A DNA stretch of 64,000 bases from Vulcanimicrobiota bacterium. Lineage in GTDB: Bacteria > Vulcanimicrobiota > Xenobia > Xenobiales > JADMJV01. Shown piece after piece: positions 46,598 through 55,562 of the stretch. Numbering within the stretch: position 1 is the stretch's first letter; the number at the start of each line of letters is the position of its first letter. The stretch spans positions 363,302 to 427,301 of the forward strand of contig JBFWNU010000003.1 in NCBI GenBank assembly GCA_050250895.1, given 5' to 3'. A program made the position numbers and the translations under genes. The notes beneath the pieces were generated by a model. The model made no database searches. It was not told where the DNA came from and was given only the letters and a program-made list of their open reading frames with translations.

Positions 46598-47053
46598 CTA
46601 GCGAGGGCGCTTCTTGGCGCATAGAGACCGCCAAGTCCCCGGCGGCGTCTCGGCTAACCAGTCGACCTGGGGATGGAACTTCTGCAGTGTCTCGATGAGC
46701 CATGGGAAATTGTGTTTGGCCAGGCTATCCGGCTCGAGACTGCAGAGCACTCGGAATTGTTCGCGCAAGGCAGAGAGCTCGGCATCCTGGGCCAGCATCA
46801 AGGCGGTCAACCGAAGCCTGAGCAGGCTGCTGTCTGGCAGTTCAGACACCCCTTCTTCTAAGACTGTCCGCTCCAACTCTCGGTTGCCAGTAATGGCTTC
46901 GACCGAAGAGAGATAAGACCACAACAGAGGCTCGCGCCGACATTCCGGCCGTTGCAGGCCTTGTCGTAAGACTTCACGGGCCTCTAGGTAGAGCTTTCTC
47001 GAACCCAGTTCGGTCGCCCGGCTAAGGACCTTCGACGCAGTTTTCGGTTTCAC
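46598..47053 (-). CDS. Hypothetical TPR-like protein, lower GC
   Basis: Helical EAREVLRQGL...LWSYLSSVE...VLEEGVSELPDS; C-terminus possibly decayed. Confidence 0.5.
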   Translation of the reverse strand: MKPKTASKVLSRATELGSRKLYLEAREVLRQGLQRPECRREPLLWSYLSSVEAITGNRELERTVLEEGVSELPDSSLLRLRLTALMLAQDAELSALREQFRVLCSLEPDSLAKHNFPWLIETLQKFHPQVDWLAETPPGTWRSLCAKKRPR

Positions 47054-47118
47054 GTCTGGTGGCCAACCGGCATGGGCGTCGCCCTTCTTGCTCGAGCCAT
47101 TTCAACTCCGGCCAGCTC

Positions 47119-47694
47119 TTAGTAGTATTGGCGCCGGGGCATCAGTAAGGCCCGGCGCAAATCGTTCTCGGCGGGTCTCTCCAACGGGATTCTGCCGGGA
47201 TAGTCGAGCCCCACGGCGTCCAATTCCGACTTCTCCACTTGTTCCCGTTCACCTGGGCTCGGATTCCATGCATGTCCAGTCGCCATCGTGCCGGTCGCGG
47301 CGTCCACCGCGTGAGCTAGCTCATGCCCCAGGGTCACCGCCGTGGGAGCGATCACACCCGCGTCGGTATCAGCCCCATCAAACATCTTGATAGAGCTATC
47401 TGAGCCGGCTCCGGGCCGGCCGTCCGGGCGTCGGTGACCGGTCTCCTCGTCGTAGTCCATCTCCGGGTCGTTCTCCATGGTCTCGCGGACGGTGACCCGT
47501 TTGCCGCTGGCGTCGAGGCGGCGGAGCAGGTCTCGCCCCTCGGGAAAGGAGCGAAGGGCGTCGATATCAGCCTTGACCCGATCGAGGAACCTCTTTCTGC
47601 CTCGCAAGGTCAGGGAGTGGCCGAGGCCGTTGGAGCCGGGAGGGAGCGTGACCCTGTGGTCCTCAGGTCTTCGGCCATGCCGGTATTCTGGCAC
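47119..47694 (-). CDS. M91 (NleD-like) zinc metallopeptidase domain protein
   Basis: PEGRDLLRRL, GRPGAGSDS, VTLGHELAHA, ELDAVGL, ENDLRRALLMPRRQYY. Confidence 0.75.
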   Translation of the reverse strand: MPEYRHGRRPEDHRVTLPPGSNGLGHSLTLRGRKRFLDRVKADIDALRSFPEGRDLLRRLDASGKRVTVRETMENDPEMDYDEETGHRRPDGRPGAGSDSSIKMFDGADTDAGVIAPTAVTLGHELAHAVDAATGTMATGHAWNPSPGEREQVEKSELDAVGLDYPGRIPLERPAENDLRRALLMPRRQYY

Positions 47695-47803
47695 TACGGC
47701 TTTGGGTGTGATTTTGGATTGAACGGGCCAAAGGTTAAGAGTTTAGTTTTGCAGCCACCGCGTCTCCGCCAGGGGCCGGGACGAGCGACGCGAATTGAGA
47801 GCT

Positions 47804-48205
47804 ATGAATTTCTCTCAAGGTGAGCTGGGGGCCGCGCTGGTGGGCATGGTCAGCGGACTGTCGCTGGCCTGGTTGGCCTTGGGCCTGCGCTATCGGCTGA
47901 TGATCTCCAAGCTGGTGGCAAAAGCCCGCGGCCAGGCGCTCAAAGCCAGCGGGGCGGTGCTCAAGGGACAGGCCGCTGAACAACTGGCGCCTCTAAGCGG
48001 GGGCTTCCCGTACCTGCCGGCCGACGCTCGCTTCTTGGGCAGTCCCATCGACTATCTGGTCTTTGATGGACTGTCCGAGGAGGGCCCGCTCGAGATCGTC
48101 TTTGTCGAGGTCAAGACCGGGCAGTCGCGACTCACGGCCCGCGAGCGGCGGGTGCGCGAGGCCGTCGAGGCCGGTCGCTGCCGGTGGGAAGAACTGCGAC
48201 TATAG
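47804..48205 (+). CDS. Holliday junction resolvase-like endonuclease (Endonuc_Holl family) with N-terminal TM helix
   Basis: SGAVLKGQAAEQLAP, DARFLGSPIDYLVFDG, FVEVKTG. Confidence 0.85.
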   Translation: MNFSQGELGAALVGMVSGLSLAWLALGLRYRLMISKLVAKARGQALKASGAVLKGQAAEQLAPLSGGFPYLPADARFLGSPIDYLVFDGLSEEGPLEIVFVEVKTGQSRLTARERRVREAVEAGRCRWEELRL

Positions 48206-48604
48206 CCAGCCTTCGTCGGTCAGGATTTCGACCGCGGCGGCGATGAAGTGGCGGCTCTTGGCCAGGGCCTCGTCGGCCATCGATTCGTTGAACACGGCGG
48301 CCGCATCGTAGTCGGCCGATTCTCGGTGGGCCTGCAACTCGCTTAGCCAGCCGACCATCTCGGCCGGTAGCCGGCCGGTGCGAGCAAAATCGCGATGCAG
48401 AACGTGAATCACACCGCGGTGAGTGCGCACCTCGATGCCTTCCATCAGGAGCAGCGCCCGAGCATGGTGGAAGGCCGCGTAGTAGGCATGGGTCATGGTG
48501 CCTTCGAGCAATCCCGAAGCCCGCAACAGTCGCGCGCTCTCGAGATCGCGGCCGGCGCGCTCGACCTCGAGCCGGATGTTAGAGCGGCGATTGGATTCGG
48601 TCAC
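48200..48604 (-). CDS. HEPN domain protein
   Basis: AYYAAFHHARALL, RTHRGVI, RESADYD. Confidence 0.88.
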   Translation of the reverse strand: MTESNRRSNIRLEVERAGRDLESARLLRASGLLEGTMTHAYYAAFHHARALLLMEGIEVRTHRGVIHVLHRDFARTGRLPAEMVGWLSELQAHRESADYDAAAVFNESMADEALAKSRHFIAAAVEILTDEGWL

Positions 48605-48930
48605 ACCGGAATCCCCTCGCGTTGAATGTCTTGAGCTAAACGGCGTTCGAGTTGCAGCAGGCGCTCGAAGTGACTTTCGGCCATGACCATGGGAGCGATG
48701 GGGAAAGCATAGTCGAATTCTTCGTAAAGCGGATGGAGCAGGCTAAACAGCCTTTCATGCAGTTGGGGATCGACCTCATCCACCAGTACGCAGAGGTCGA
48801 GATCCGAGTCGGGGCCGGCCTCTCCGCGGGCCACCGAGCCGAAGACCACGACCCGCTTGAGCCGCGAAGGAAACAGCTCGAGGGCCCGGCGTTTGAAGCC
48901 CTCGGCGGCCCGGCGAAAGGTCTCGTTCAT
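48601..48930 (-). CDS. Minimal nucleotidyltransferase (MNT) partner of the HEPN gene
   Basis: VFGSVARGEAGPDSDLDL, IQREGI; overlaps the HEPN start. Confidence 0.88.
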   Translation of the reverse strand: MNETFRRAAEGFKRRALELFPSRLKRVVVFGSVARGEAGPDSDLDLCVLVDEVDPQLHERLFSLLHPLYEEFDYAFPIAPMVMAESHFERLLQLERRLAQDIQREGIPV

Positions 48931-48986
48931 CGGATCTGGGTTCGGGTTCGGGTGGCTCGGCGCCTGCGCAGACAGGCCCACCCGGG

Positions 48987-49430
48987 TCAGCGCTGGCGGC
49001 ACATGAGAAAATAACGGTTGCGTTCCTCAAAGCCGAGGCGGGCATAAAGCTCGCGAGCCCGGTGGTTGGTATGATCCACTTCCAGGTGCATCACCCGGAT
49101 GCCGAGCTGGTCGGCCTGTTCGATGGCTAGCTCGAGCGCCCGAGTGCCGATGCCCTGAGAACGGGATTGTGGCTGGATATAGAGGTCGTCGATGAAGGCG
49201 TCGCGTCCCCCCAGCTCGAGACTAAAGCCAAAGGTCATGGCCAGATAGCCGACCGGCTCGCCGGCGCGCACCAGCCAGAGGCGACCCAGAGCCGGCTCGG
49301 CCAGAAGCTGGGCCAGGGCGGCGCGGGCCTGACGGGGTTCGAAGTGCGACTCGACCTCGGCATAGAAGGCCTGCATCGCAGTCGTCAGCCAATCGAGATC
49401 CTCCCGGTTGGCCGGGGTCAGTTCGATCAC
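48987..49430 (-). CDS. GNAT family N-acetyltransferase
   Basis: FIDDLYIQPQSRSQGIG, NHRARELYARLGF. Confidence 0.9.
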   Translation of the reverse strand: MIELTPANREDLDWLTTAMQAFYAEVESHFEPRQARAALAQLLAEPALGRLWLVRAGEPVGYLAMTFGFSLELGGRDAFIDDLYIQPQSRSQGIGTRALELAIEQADQLGIRVMHLEVDHTNHRARELYARLGFEERNRYFLMCRQR

Positions 49431-50113
49431 TGACCGAAGTAGAAGTTGGCTAGATTCTCGACCTGTCGCCCGGCCGGGTAGGTGGCCAGAGCGGCGGCTT
49501 TAGCGGCCTCGAGGGGAGTGGCTCCTTTGGCCACCTGGGCTTCGGCCTGTCGGGCCGCAGACACCAGGTCTCGCAGACTGAGCGGTTTGCCTCCCAGCGA
49601 ACCCTGCGCTTGCAGGTCGGCACAGACGCTGTGCAGTTGGACGAGCTGGAAGGACGGCCGACCCTGCAGAGAGGGAGCCACCTGGGCACAAAGGTCCGCC
49701 TTCTCGAAGAGCGACAGTTCAGGCGCGTCCAAAGGCTGGCTGTGTTCGTGGCTCAGCACGGCGATGAAACGAGCGCTCGGGTTGGCTTCCATCAAGACTT
49801 CCAGATCCAGTTGGCGCGAGGGTGTAGCCTGGTCGAGGTTAACGCAGATGACCACGCCGCCTTCCTCGGCCACGCTGGCCGCTGCGGTCGGCTGAAAAGT
49901 CACCTGCCCCTCTGGCGTTAAGCTGTATTGGCCTAACACTTCGTCGGCGGGAAAGTGGATTTGGGTGTAGGGCTTGCCCAGGTCTTTGGCGTGGGCCTGA
50001 GCCGTCGCCACCGTGTCCTGCGGACCCGTCAGCACCATGTCAAGGCGGGCCGGCAGTCGCCCGGGACCGGCCGTGAAAGCTTGGCGTGCAGCCGCGTGTG
50101 AGATAGCGTGCAT
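49427..50113 (-). CDS. Degenerate AAA_5/midasin-like domain protein (catalytic motifs lost)
   Basis: VLTGP, EVLGQY...TFQP......EEGGVVI..NLDQATP, PLSLRDLV; no GKT or DE; AGGAGG SD. Confidence 0.65.
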   Translation of the reverse strand: MHAISHAAARQAFTAGPGRLPARLDMVLTGPQDTVATAQAHAKDLGKPYTQIHFPADEVLGQYSLTPEGQVTFQPTAAASVAEEGGVVICVNLDQATPSRQLDLEVLMEANPSARFIAVLSHEHSQPLDAPELSLFEKADLCAQVAPSLQGRPSFQLVQLHSVCADLQAQGSLGGKPLSLRDLVSAARQAEAQVAKGATPLEAAKAAALATYPAGRQVENLANFYFGQ

Positions 50114-50135
50114 GGATGGACTCCTCCTGATGGAT

Positions 50136-51119
50136 TCAGTCTACGGGTTGGGCGAGAAAAATGTCTGAAAGCTGATGGGCCAGTCGGCGGATGCGTCCAG
50201 GGGGGTAGTCTTCTTCTCGCACCCGGGCCAGCCAGGCTTTGGGAATGGCTGCCTCCCCCAGCAACGCTCCCGCGATGGACCCGGCCATGGCCGCGATGGT
50301 GTCGGTGTCGCCCCCGGCAAAGATGGCGGCCTCCACCACCCGCTCGAATTCGTGAGGATGGCTAAGAAAGCAGTAGATGGCCATGGGAACCGCCTCGAGC
50401 GCCGCTACCCCCGTGCCCAGGCGAGAGGCCATGGCCGGCAGCTCGAGCTGGCGGTCGAGGCCGTCCCGGAGCTGTTCGAGCCGGTCCAGGTAGGCGTCGG
50501 CCCGAAGATGCTCGAGAGTCCGCTCCAGCGAGAGCAAGAAGGCGTCGCGGTCCAAGGGTGGCTGCATTCGCAGGGCGGTGGCCACGGCCGCCGCCTGCAG
50601 GGTCGAACCGGCCACCGCCAGCGGATGCGAATGGGTGACCGTCGAAGCCAGGCGAGCTACCTGCACCAGGCGTTGGGGTTGGCGATGGAAGGCCAATCCG
50701 ATGGGGGCCACCCGCATGGCCGAGCCGTTGCCGTAGGAGCCGCCCGGAAACATCAAGGTGGACAGGGATTTCCAGTGGTGAGGGCGTTCGGGAAAGGCGC
50801 GCAGGATCCAGGTGACTCCCGAGCCGTAGCGGCGGGCCGGTCGGTAGGCCTCGGAAAATCGTGCCAGCAGGGCCTGGCCGTCGTCGACTTCGCCGGCCAA
50901 CAGCCATTCCGCCACGCACAGGGTCATCTGGGTGTCGTCGGTGTAGCGACCGACGCGCCAGCGACGGCCCAGGATGTCGGGCACCCACTCCGTGGCCAGG
51001 ATGTCGTTCACCTGGCGATAGTGTTTGGCGATGTAGCCTGGCGATTCGGACTCGACCACCGCGCCCAGCATGTCCCCCACCAGGCCTCCCAAGAGGCAAC
51101 CAGAAAAACGATTTCGCAT
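50136..51119 (-). CDS. ADP-ribosylglycohydrolase (DraG/ARH family)
   Basis: YTDDTQMT, SYGNGSAMRVAPIG, VTHSH, GGDTDTIAAMAG. Confidence 0.92.
   Translation of the reverse strand: MRNRFSGCLLGGLVGDMLGAVVESESPGYIAKHYRQVNDILATEWVPDILGRRWRVGRYTDDTQMTLCVAEWLLAGEVDDGQALLARFSEAYRPARRYGSGVTWILRAFPERPHHWKSLSTLMFPGGSYGNGSAMRVAPIGLAFHRQPQRLVQVARLASTVTHSHPLAVAGSTLQAAAVATALRMQPPLDRDAFLLSLERTLEHLRADAYLDRLEQLRDGLDRQLELPAMASRLGTGVAALEAVPMAIYCFLSHPHEFERVVEAAIFAGGDTDTIAAMAGSIAGALLGEAAIPKAWLARVREEDYPPGRIRRLAHQLSDIFLAQPVD
50138..50170 (-). promoter_or_regulatory. Direct-repeat promoter motif TTTCA-N6-TTTCT-N11-TAGACT
   Basis: Embedded in the 3' end of the upstream gene; same spacing. Confidence 0.7.
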
Positions 51120-51138
51120 AAGTGTATTTTATACACTT
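51120..51138. promoter_or_regulatory. Perfect palindrome AAGTGTAT-TTT-ATACACTT, NrtR-box-like operator over the -10
   Basis: GT-N7-AC core abutting the ATG of the ADP-ribosylglycohydrolase gene. Confidence 0.65.
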
Positions 51139-51206
51139 GTCGACAGGATCCCTTCCCGTAAGGATCTACTAAAGGGGGGCCGTGGGTGGGCCTAGAAGAT
51201 GTGGTC

Positions 51207-51428
51207 ATGAGTCTCGCAGTCCTTCTGGTTCTGGCCCTCACCCTGCCCGCCTTCGCTTATCTCGACCCCGGTAGCGGTAGCATGCTGGCTCAGGCGCTGG
51301 CGGCGGGCTTCGCCGGTTTGGGTGTGCTCATCAAGTTCTACTGGGTTCGCATCAAGCGCTTCTTCGGCTTCGGCAAGGCCACCGTGCCTGCGGTCGAGGC
51401 TCAAGAAGAAAGCGGCGCCACGGAATAG
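51207..51428 (+). CDS. Small membrane protein with AYLDPGSGS motif
   Basis: Signal-like segment, AFAYLDPGSGSMLAQAL, TM helix, basic tail. Confidence 0.7.
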   Translation: MSLAVLLVLALTLPAFAYLDPGSGSMLAQALAAGFAGLGVLIKFYWVRIKRFFGFGKATVPAVEAQEESGATE

Positions 51429-52786
51429 AGAATCCGGCTGGCCAACTCCAGCCGCTCCACGATTTCGAAGCGTTCCCTGAGGGCCTGTTCGAACGGTTCC
51501 ACGTTGTAGTCGTCGTACTGGTCTTCACGATTGGCTAACAGACGCTTCACCATCGAGTCGTCACGAGTGACGAACTCGATGACGGCCGAGGTCTCGAGTT
51601 CGGCCAGCCAGTCGAGCACCGACGCCACCGGCAAGTTGGCGCTGATCACCAGGTGATGCATCAGGGCCAGACACAGGGTCAGTTCGGGCCGGCCGCGTTC
51701 GGCCAGACTTTTGCGTTCGGCCAATCGCCAGCCCTGGTTCGGCGAGGGGTCAGAGAGATCCATGACCAGCGGCAAGACGTTGTCGACTTTCTGCTCGCGC
51801 AGGCGGTGATAGAGTCGGTCGATCACCAGGGGATCGCCGTCCATCGAGACCACCGTGTCCGCCGACTCGGCCGCGAGCAGCGAGTATTGACCCAGGTTGC
51901 AGCCAAGGTCCCAGACCAGCTTCCAGCGCTTGCTGGTGGCCACCTTGCGCACGAACTCGCGCTTTTTCTCTTCATCCTCGTGGCTGTAGTTGTGTCCGGT
52001 CTCGTAGTCTGACCACGTCGAGGTGGCGGCCTTCCATTGCAGGCGCCGCAAGAGCTTGCCCAGCCCCTCGACGTTCTTGGCGATCAACTCCGAGTGAAAG
52101 CCTGCCTCGGCCATCTCCTGGCGCAGGTCTTCCTGCCGTGCTCCCTGAGATTGCTGCAGCGACGAGTGGAGCACCACATGCGTGAACACTCCCGGCACCA
52201 GCAGGTCCTTCCAGCTCAACAGACGCCGGGTGTGCTCGGCCGTAATTCCTTCCAGGCTGCCCCGCAGCCATGGGGCATAAGGCACGTCGCGGCGGGCCTG
52301 CAGCAACAGCGGGTTGAGAAAGTGCTGGCAGAACTGGCGATAACCCTCCCACGGCTCGCCCGGAGCCAGGCGCGCGAAGGTGGGAATGTCGATAAAGATC
52401 GGGCTGACGCCCCTCCACTGCACGTTATAGGCCGAGGCATCCCGCATGATGAAGCCCTGTTTTAGCGCTTTCTGCAGCAACTCGAGCTGCAGCAAGCCGG
52501 CCTGGCGCAGCATGGAAAAGGGCCATTCGTAGGGATACGAGACGAACGGCACCTTCTCGTGCCAGAGCACGCCGGTCGCGCCAGCGGCCGGCTCGGGCCA
52601 CTCGTCCTGGGGCACCAGCCGGGTGTTCACGATCTGGCCGGCCTGCACTGCCTGAGTGTAGAAGTTGGCTTTCTGCAGGGCCTGCCACTCGTCGAGGGCT
52701 ACCTGGTTGAGGGTGCGATAGACCTCACCCCGGTGATAGAACACGCGGCCGCGCCGGTCCCGAAAGGACCCCTGGTCAAAGGTCAT
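51401..52786 (-). CDS. SAM-dependent methyltransferase with kinase-like N-terminal region
   Basis: GSFRD, SYPYEW, RDASAYNVQ, FIDI; WDLGCNLG, LALMHHL. Confidence 0.8.
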   Translation of the reverse strand: MTFDQGSFRDRRGRVFYHRGEVYRTLNQVALDEWQALQKANFYTQAVQAGQIVNTRLVPQDEWPEPAAGATGVLWHEKVPFVSYPYEWPFSMLRQAGLLQLELLQKALKQGFIMRDASAYNVQWRGVSPIFIDIPTFARLAPGEPWEGYRQFCQHFLNPLLLQARRDVPYAPWLRGSLEGITAEHTRRLLSWKDLLVPGVFTHVVLHSSLQQSQGARQEDLRQEMAEAGFHSELIAKNVEGLGKLLRRLQWKAATSTWSDYETGHNYSHEDEEKKREFVRKVATSKRWKLVWDLGCNLGQYSLLAAESADTVVSMDGDPLVIDRLYHRLREQKVDNVLPLVMDLSDPSPNQGWRLAERKSLAERGRPELTLCLALMHHLVISANLPVASVLDWLAELETSAVIEFVTRDDSMVKRLLANREDQYDDYNVEPFEQALRERFEIVERLELASRILYSVAPLSS

Positions 52787-55179
52787 GGGTGGGACACTCC
52801 TTCGCCGAAGGTCGGAGCCAGGCTGTAGTGCTCTTTGAGGCTGACCTGACCGGCTTGTTGGCCGATGACGAAAAGCCTGATCCGGGCTGGGTCGGGTAGG
52901 GGACTTGGTCGCGGCAGCTCTTGCGAGAACTCGATGCGGCCGCTGCCCGAAAGCGGCCACGAGGCCAGGTAGCGGCCGTCCCAAAAGAGCACCAGGCGCT
53001 GGGCCTGAGTGACTTCGGCCCAGCCTTTGAGGGTGACCCGCGAGTCATCCACGGTCAGCTCTTCTAACAGCGAAGAACCGAGCTTGGTCACGGAATAGCT
53101 CTGGCCGTCGCTGCTCTTGACCAGACCGTCGGCCAGGGTGTAGCTCTGGTGTTGATAGTCGGGCAGAGGATGGAGCTTGCCGGCCTTGAGCGCGTAGAGC
53201 TGCACCTGGTTGGTGCCGGCTTGGAGCCGTTCAGGGTCGACCATGGCGCTGAAGGCGTTCTCGGCGTTGACGAAGGTGGTGGCGGCGACTTCTCCGTTGA
53301 GTGACACGACCAACGGTGTGCGCGGCTCGAGGCCGTGAACCCAACCGCTGAGGCGGGCCGGCAGTAGCTGGCTGGATTTGTCGACGTTTTCGAGTAGCTC
53401 GGGCAGGCGCATCTCGACCGGTGCCTCGAGGGGTTGCGAGAGCTTGAGTTCTGAGTTGGCGTGACCCACCAGGGGCAGCAGTGGACCGATGGCATAGAGT
53501 CCTTCAAGTCCCGGCTCAGGAAAGAGCTGGCGGGCTCGCCGGGTGCGCTCTTGATAGCCCTGGACCCAGTTGGTGATGCCCACCCAATGGGGGTTGGACG
53601 AATAGATGTGGGCATACATTCGCTTGGGGGTCTCGGCGAACGGTTGGTCCAGCAGCGAGTGCCCCTCTACCGGCCACGGCAGCTCGACACCGAGCAGGCT
53701 GGCGATGGTGGGTAGGATATCCAGCGAGTTGGCATTGGCCTCGGAGATGGCTCCCTGGCTCTGTCGAGGGGCTTTGATGAAGAGCGGCACGAACAGCTCG
53801 TCAATAGCGTTTTCGGGGGTCAGCGAGCGATGGGGTATACCATTCTGAAAGCTGGCTCCGTGGTCGGCCGTGACCACGATGAGCGCCTGGTCGTACAGGC
53901 CGCTCTTTTGCATCTGGTCGAGCATCTCGCCCAACAATTTGTCGACAAAGGCGACCTGCAGCAGGTGACGCTGATAGGCCTGGTGGGCGGCCCACTCGCT
54001 CTGCCAGACGTTGTTGGCAAAGCCTTCACACACCTCGGCCCCGCCGTTGTCATACTGATGTCCATCGGGCAGATAGACGTAGGGATAGTGAGGCAAAAGT
54101 AGATGGATGAAGTGGAGCCGCGGGCGCTCGGAAGGTTCGAGGCCGGCGAGGAAGCGGCGGAAGTCTTGGGAGCGGCCCTCCATCTCGAAGCGGCGATGGA
54201 AGAAGCCCTGCCAGGCGTGCTCGGTCGAGGGGAGCCAGCGGTCGCCGAGTTGGTCGGGCAGGGCGATGTGGCCGTAGATCACCAATGCATCTTCGAGCAA
54301 GGTGCGAAAGCGCTCGCCGAACTTCTGCTTGGCGTTCACGGTTTGCCCCTGAGGGCTCATCATGGTGATGTACTCGCTCACCCACAGCTCGTAAGAGCCG
54401 CCCAGCCAGGTGAAAAGATTCTTGGGATGTTGGACCAAGAACGGCCCCAGGTTGGGCTGAGGAGGCTGGCCGGTCAAGATGGCAGGAATGGCCAGGGTGG
54501 TATCATCGCACACCCCCGAAGCGTAGCGATACCAGGTGGATTGAGAGGCTAGCCGGGCGAAGTTGGGAAAGCGCTTTTTGTCGATGCCGCCCTGCGCGTC
54601 GAGCAAGGAGGTGATGGGAAACTCGTCGAGGGTGACAAACACGATCGGCGTCGTGCTTGCGATCGGAGCGGCCAGCGCACCGGCGTTGATGCGGCGAAAG
54701 ACGATGTTGCTGGCCGAGCCGAAGAACAGAAAGTTGATGGGAAACCAGAGGCAAACGATGGCCAGAATCGATAGAAAGCTGCTGACCACGGGGCTGGTGG
54801 CCACCAGCCATAGACCGAGGGCGGTCAGGGCCAGGCTCACCAGCAAGGCGGGGAGGGTGTGGGTGAGGTGCATCAGCCGGGCCAACTGCGGCCCCAGGCA
54901 GAGCAACAGGCCACCTAGCAGAAGGAGGTGGACGAACCAGTGGATCTTCTCGCCGGCTTTATAGGCAGCCGCCTCGACCAGGGCCAGCACGCCCGGGAGG
55001 AGCAGGCACAGCACCAGCGTCAGGCCGATGATATCGGCCGGTTCTGACGGACGGGCCAGAAAGAATTGAGGCTGGCGCGAGAAAGTGTCGAACAGGGGTT
55101 GGGCCACCACCAGTGTCCACAGCGCGCCGATATGTAGGACGCTGGTGCCTAGCGTCAGCCTCTGCGTGTCAGAACTCAA
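52783..55179 (-). CDS. Membrane-anchored sulfatase/alkaline-phosphatase-superfamily protein
   Basis: About five TM helices; VTLDE, FPNFARL, HLLLPHYPY, VTADHG, VPLFIK, DILPTI. Confidence 0.85.
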   Translation of the reverse strand: MSSDTQRLTLGTSVLHIGALWTLVVAQPLFDTFSRQPQFFLARPSEPADIIGLTLVLCLLLPGVLALVEAAAYKAGEKIHWFVHLLLLGGLLLCLGPQLARLMHLTHTLPALLVSLALTALGLWLVATSPVVSSFLSILAIVCLWFPINFLFFGSASNIVFRRINAGALAAPIASTTPIVFVTLDEFPITSLLDAQGGIDKKRFPNFARLASQSTWYRYASGVCDDTTLAIPAILTGQPPQPNLGPFLVQHPKNLFTWLGGSYELWVSEYITMMSPQGQTVNAKQKFGERFRTLLEDALVIYGHIALPDQLGDRWLPSTEHAWQGFFHRRFEMEGRSQDFRRFLAGLEPSERPRLHFIHLLLPHYPYVYLPDGHQYDNGGAEVCEGFANNVWQSEWAAHQAYQRHLLQVAFVDKLLGEMLDQMQKSGLYDQALIVVTADHGASFQNGIPHRSLTPENAIDELFVPLFIKAPRQSQGAISEANANSLDILPTIASLLGVELPWPVEGHSLLDQPFAETPKRMYAHIYSSNPHWVGITNWVQGYQERTRRARQLFPEPGLEGLYAIGPLLPLVGHANSELKLSQPLEAPVEMRLPELLENVDKSSQLLPARLSGWVHGLEPRTPLVVSLNGEVAATTFVNAENAFSAMVDPERLQAGTNQVQLYALKAGKLHPLPDYQHQSYTLADGLVKSSDGQSYSVTKLGSSLLEELTVDDSRVTLKGWAEVTQAQRLVLFWDGRYLASWPLSGSGRIEFSQELPRPSPLPDPARIRLFVIGQQAGQVSLKEHYSLAPTFGEGVSHP

Positions 55180-55274
55180 ACCCTGGCGACCTCTCCTTGC
55201 TCAACCGCATTCCCGTCAGGCCGCGAGCGACCCTGCCCGGGAAGATACGTTGTCCTGAAGGCGACGGTTCGGTC

Positions 55275-55562
55275 ATGCGAACCAGAGATGTTGTGGTGAT
55301 GCTGAGCGCAGTGGCGGTCCTGGCTCAGTTTCGACCCACTACCGAGTCAACCCCGCCACCGCAGCCACTGCCGCCACCATCGGTGGCGGTTTCGCCTCCC
55401 GAGCCTCGGCCCGACCCGCCCCCTCGGGTGGTGACGGGCCCAGACCCCGACGAGGAGAACGTCACCTGGGTAGTCAGTCGCCAGGCGCCCGCAACACCTT
55501 GCGAATCGCCCAGTTCCATTCCGTCTCTCGATGCAGGGCCCGAAACTCCGGCTCGCCCGTGA
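55275..55562 (+). CDS. Possible small Pro-rich membrane-anchored protein
   Basis: Hydrophobic N-terminus, but overlaps the convergent gene by 89 nt. Confidence 0.3.
   Translation: MRTRDVVVMLSAVAVLAQFRPTTESTPPPQPLPPPSVAVSPPEPRPDPPPRVVTGPDPDEENVTWVVSRQAPATPCESPSSIPSLDAGPETPARP

Noticed and set aside
43452-47694. Prophage or integrative element
   Set aside because: No integrase, structural phage genes or att-like direct repeats detected.
48200-48930. HEPN-MNT pair as a novel system
   Set aside because: Well-known widespread module; listed as features only.
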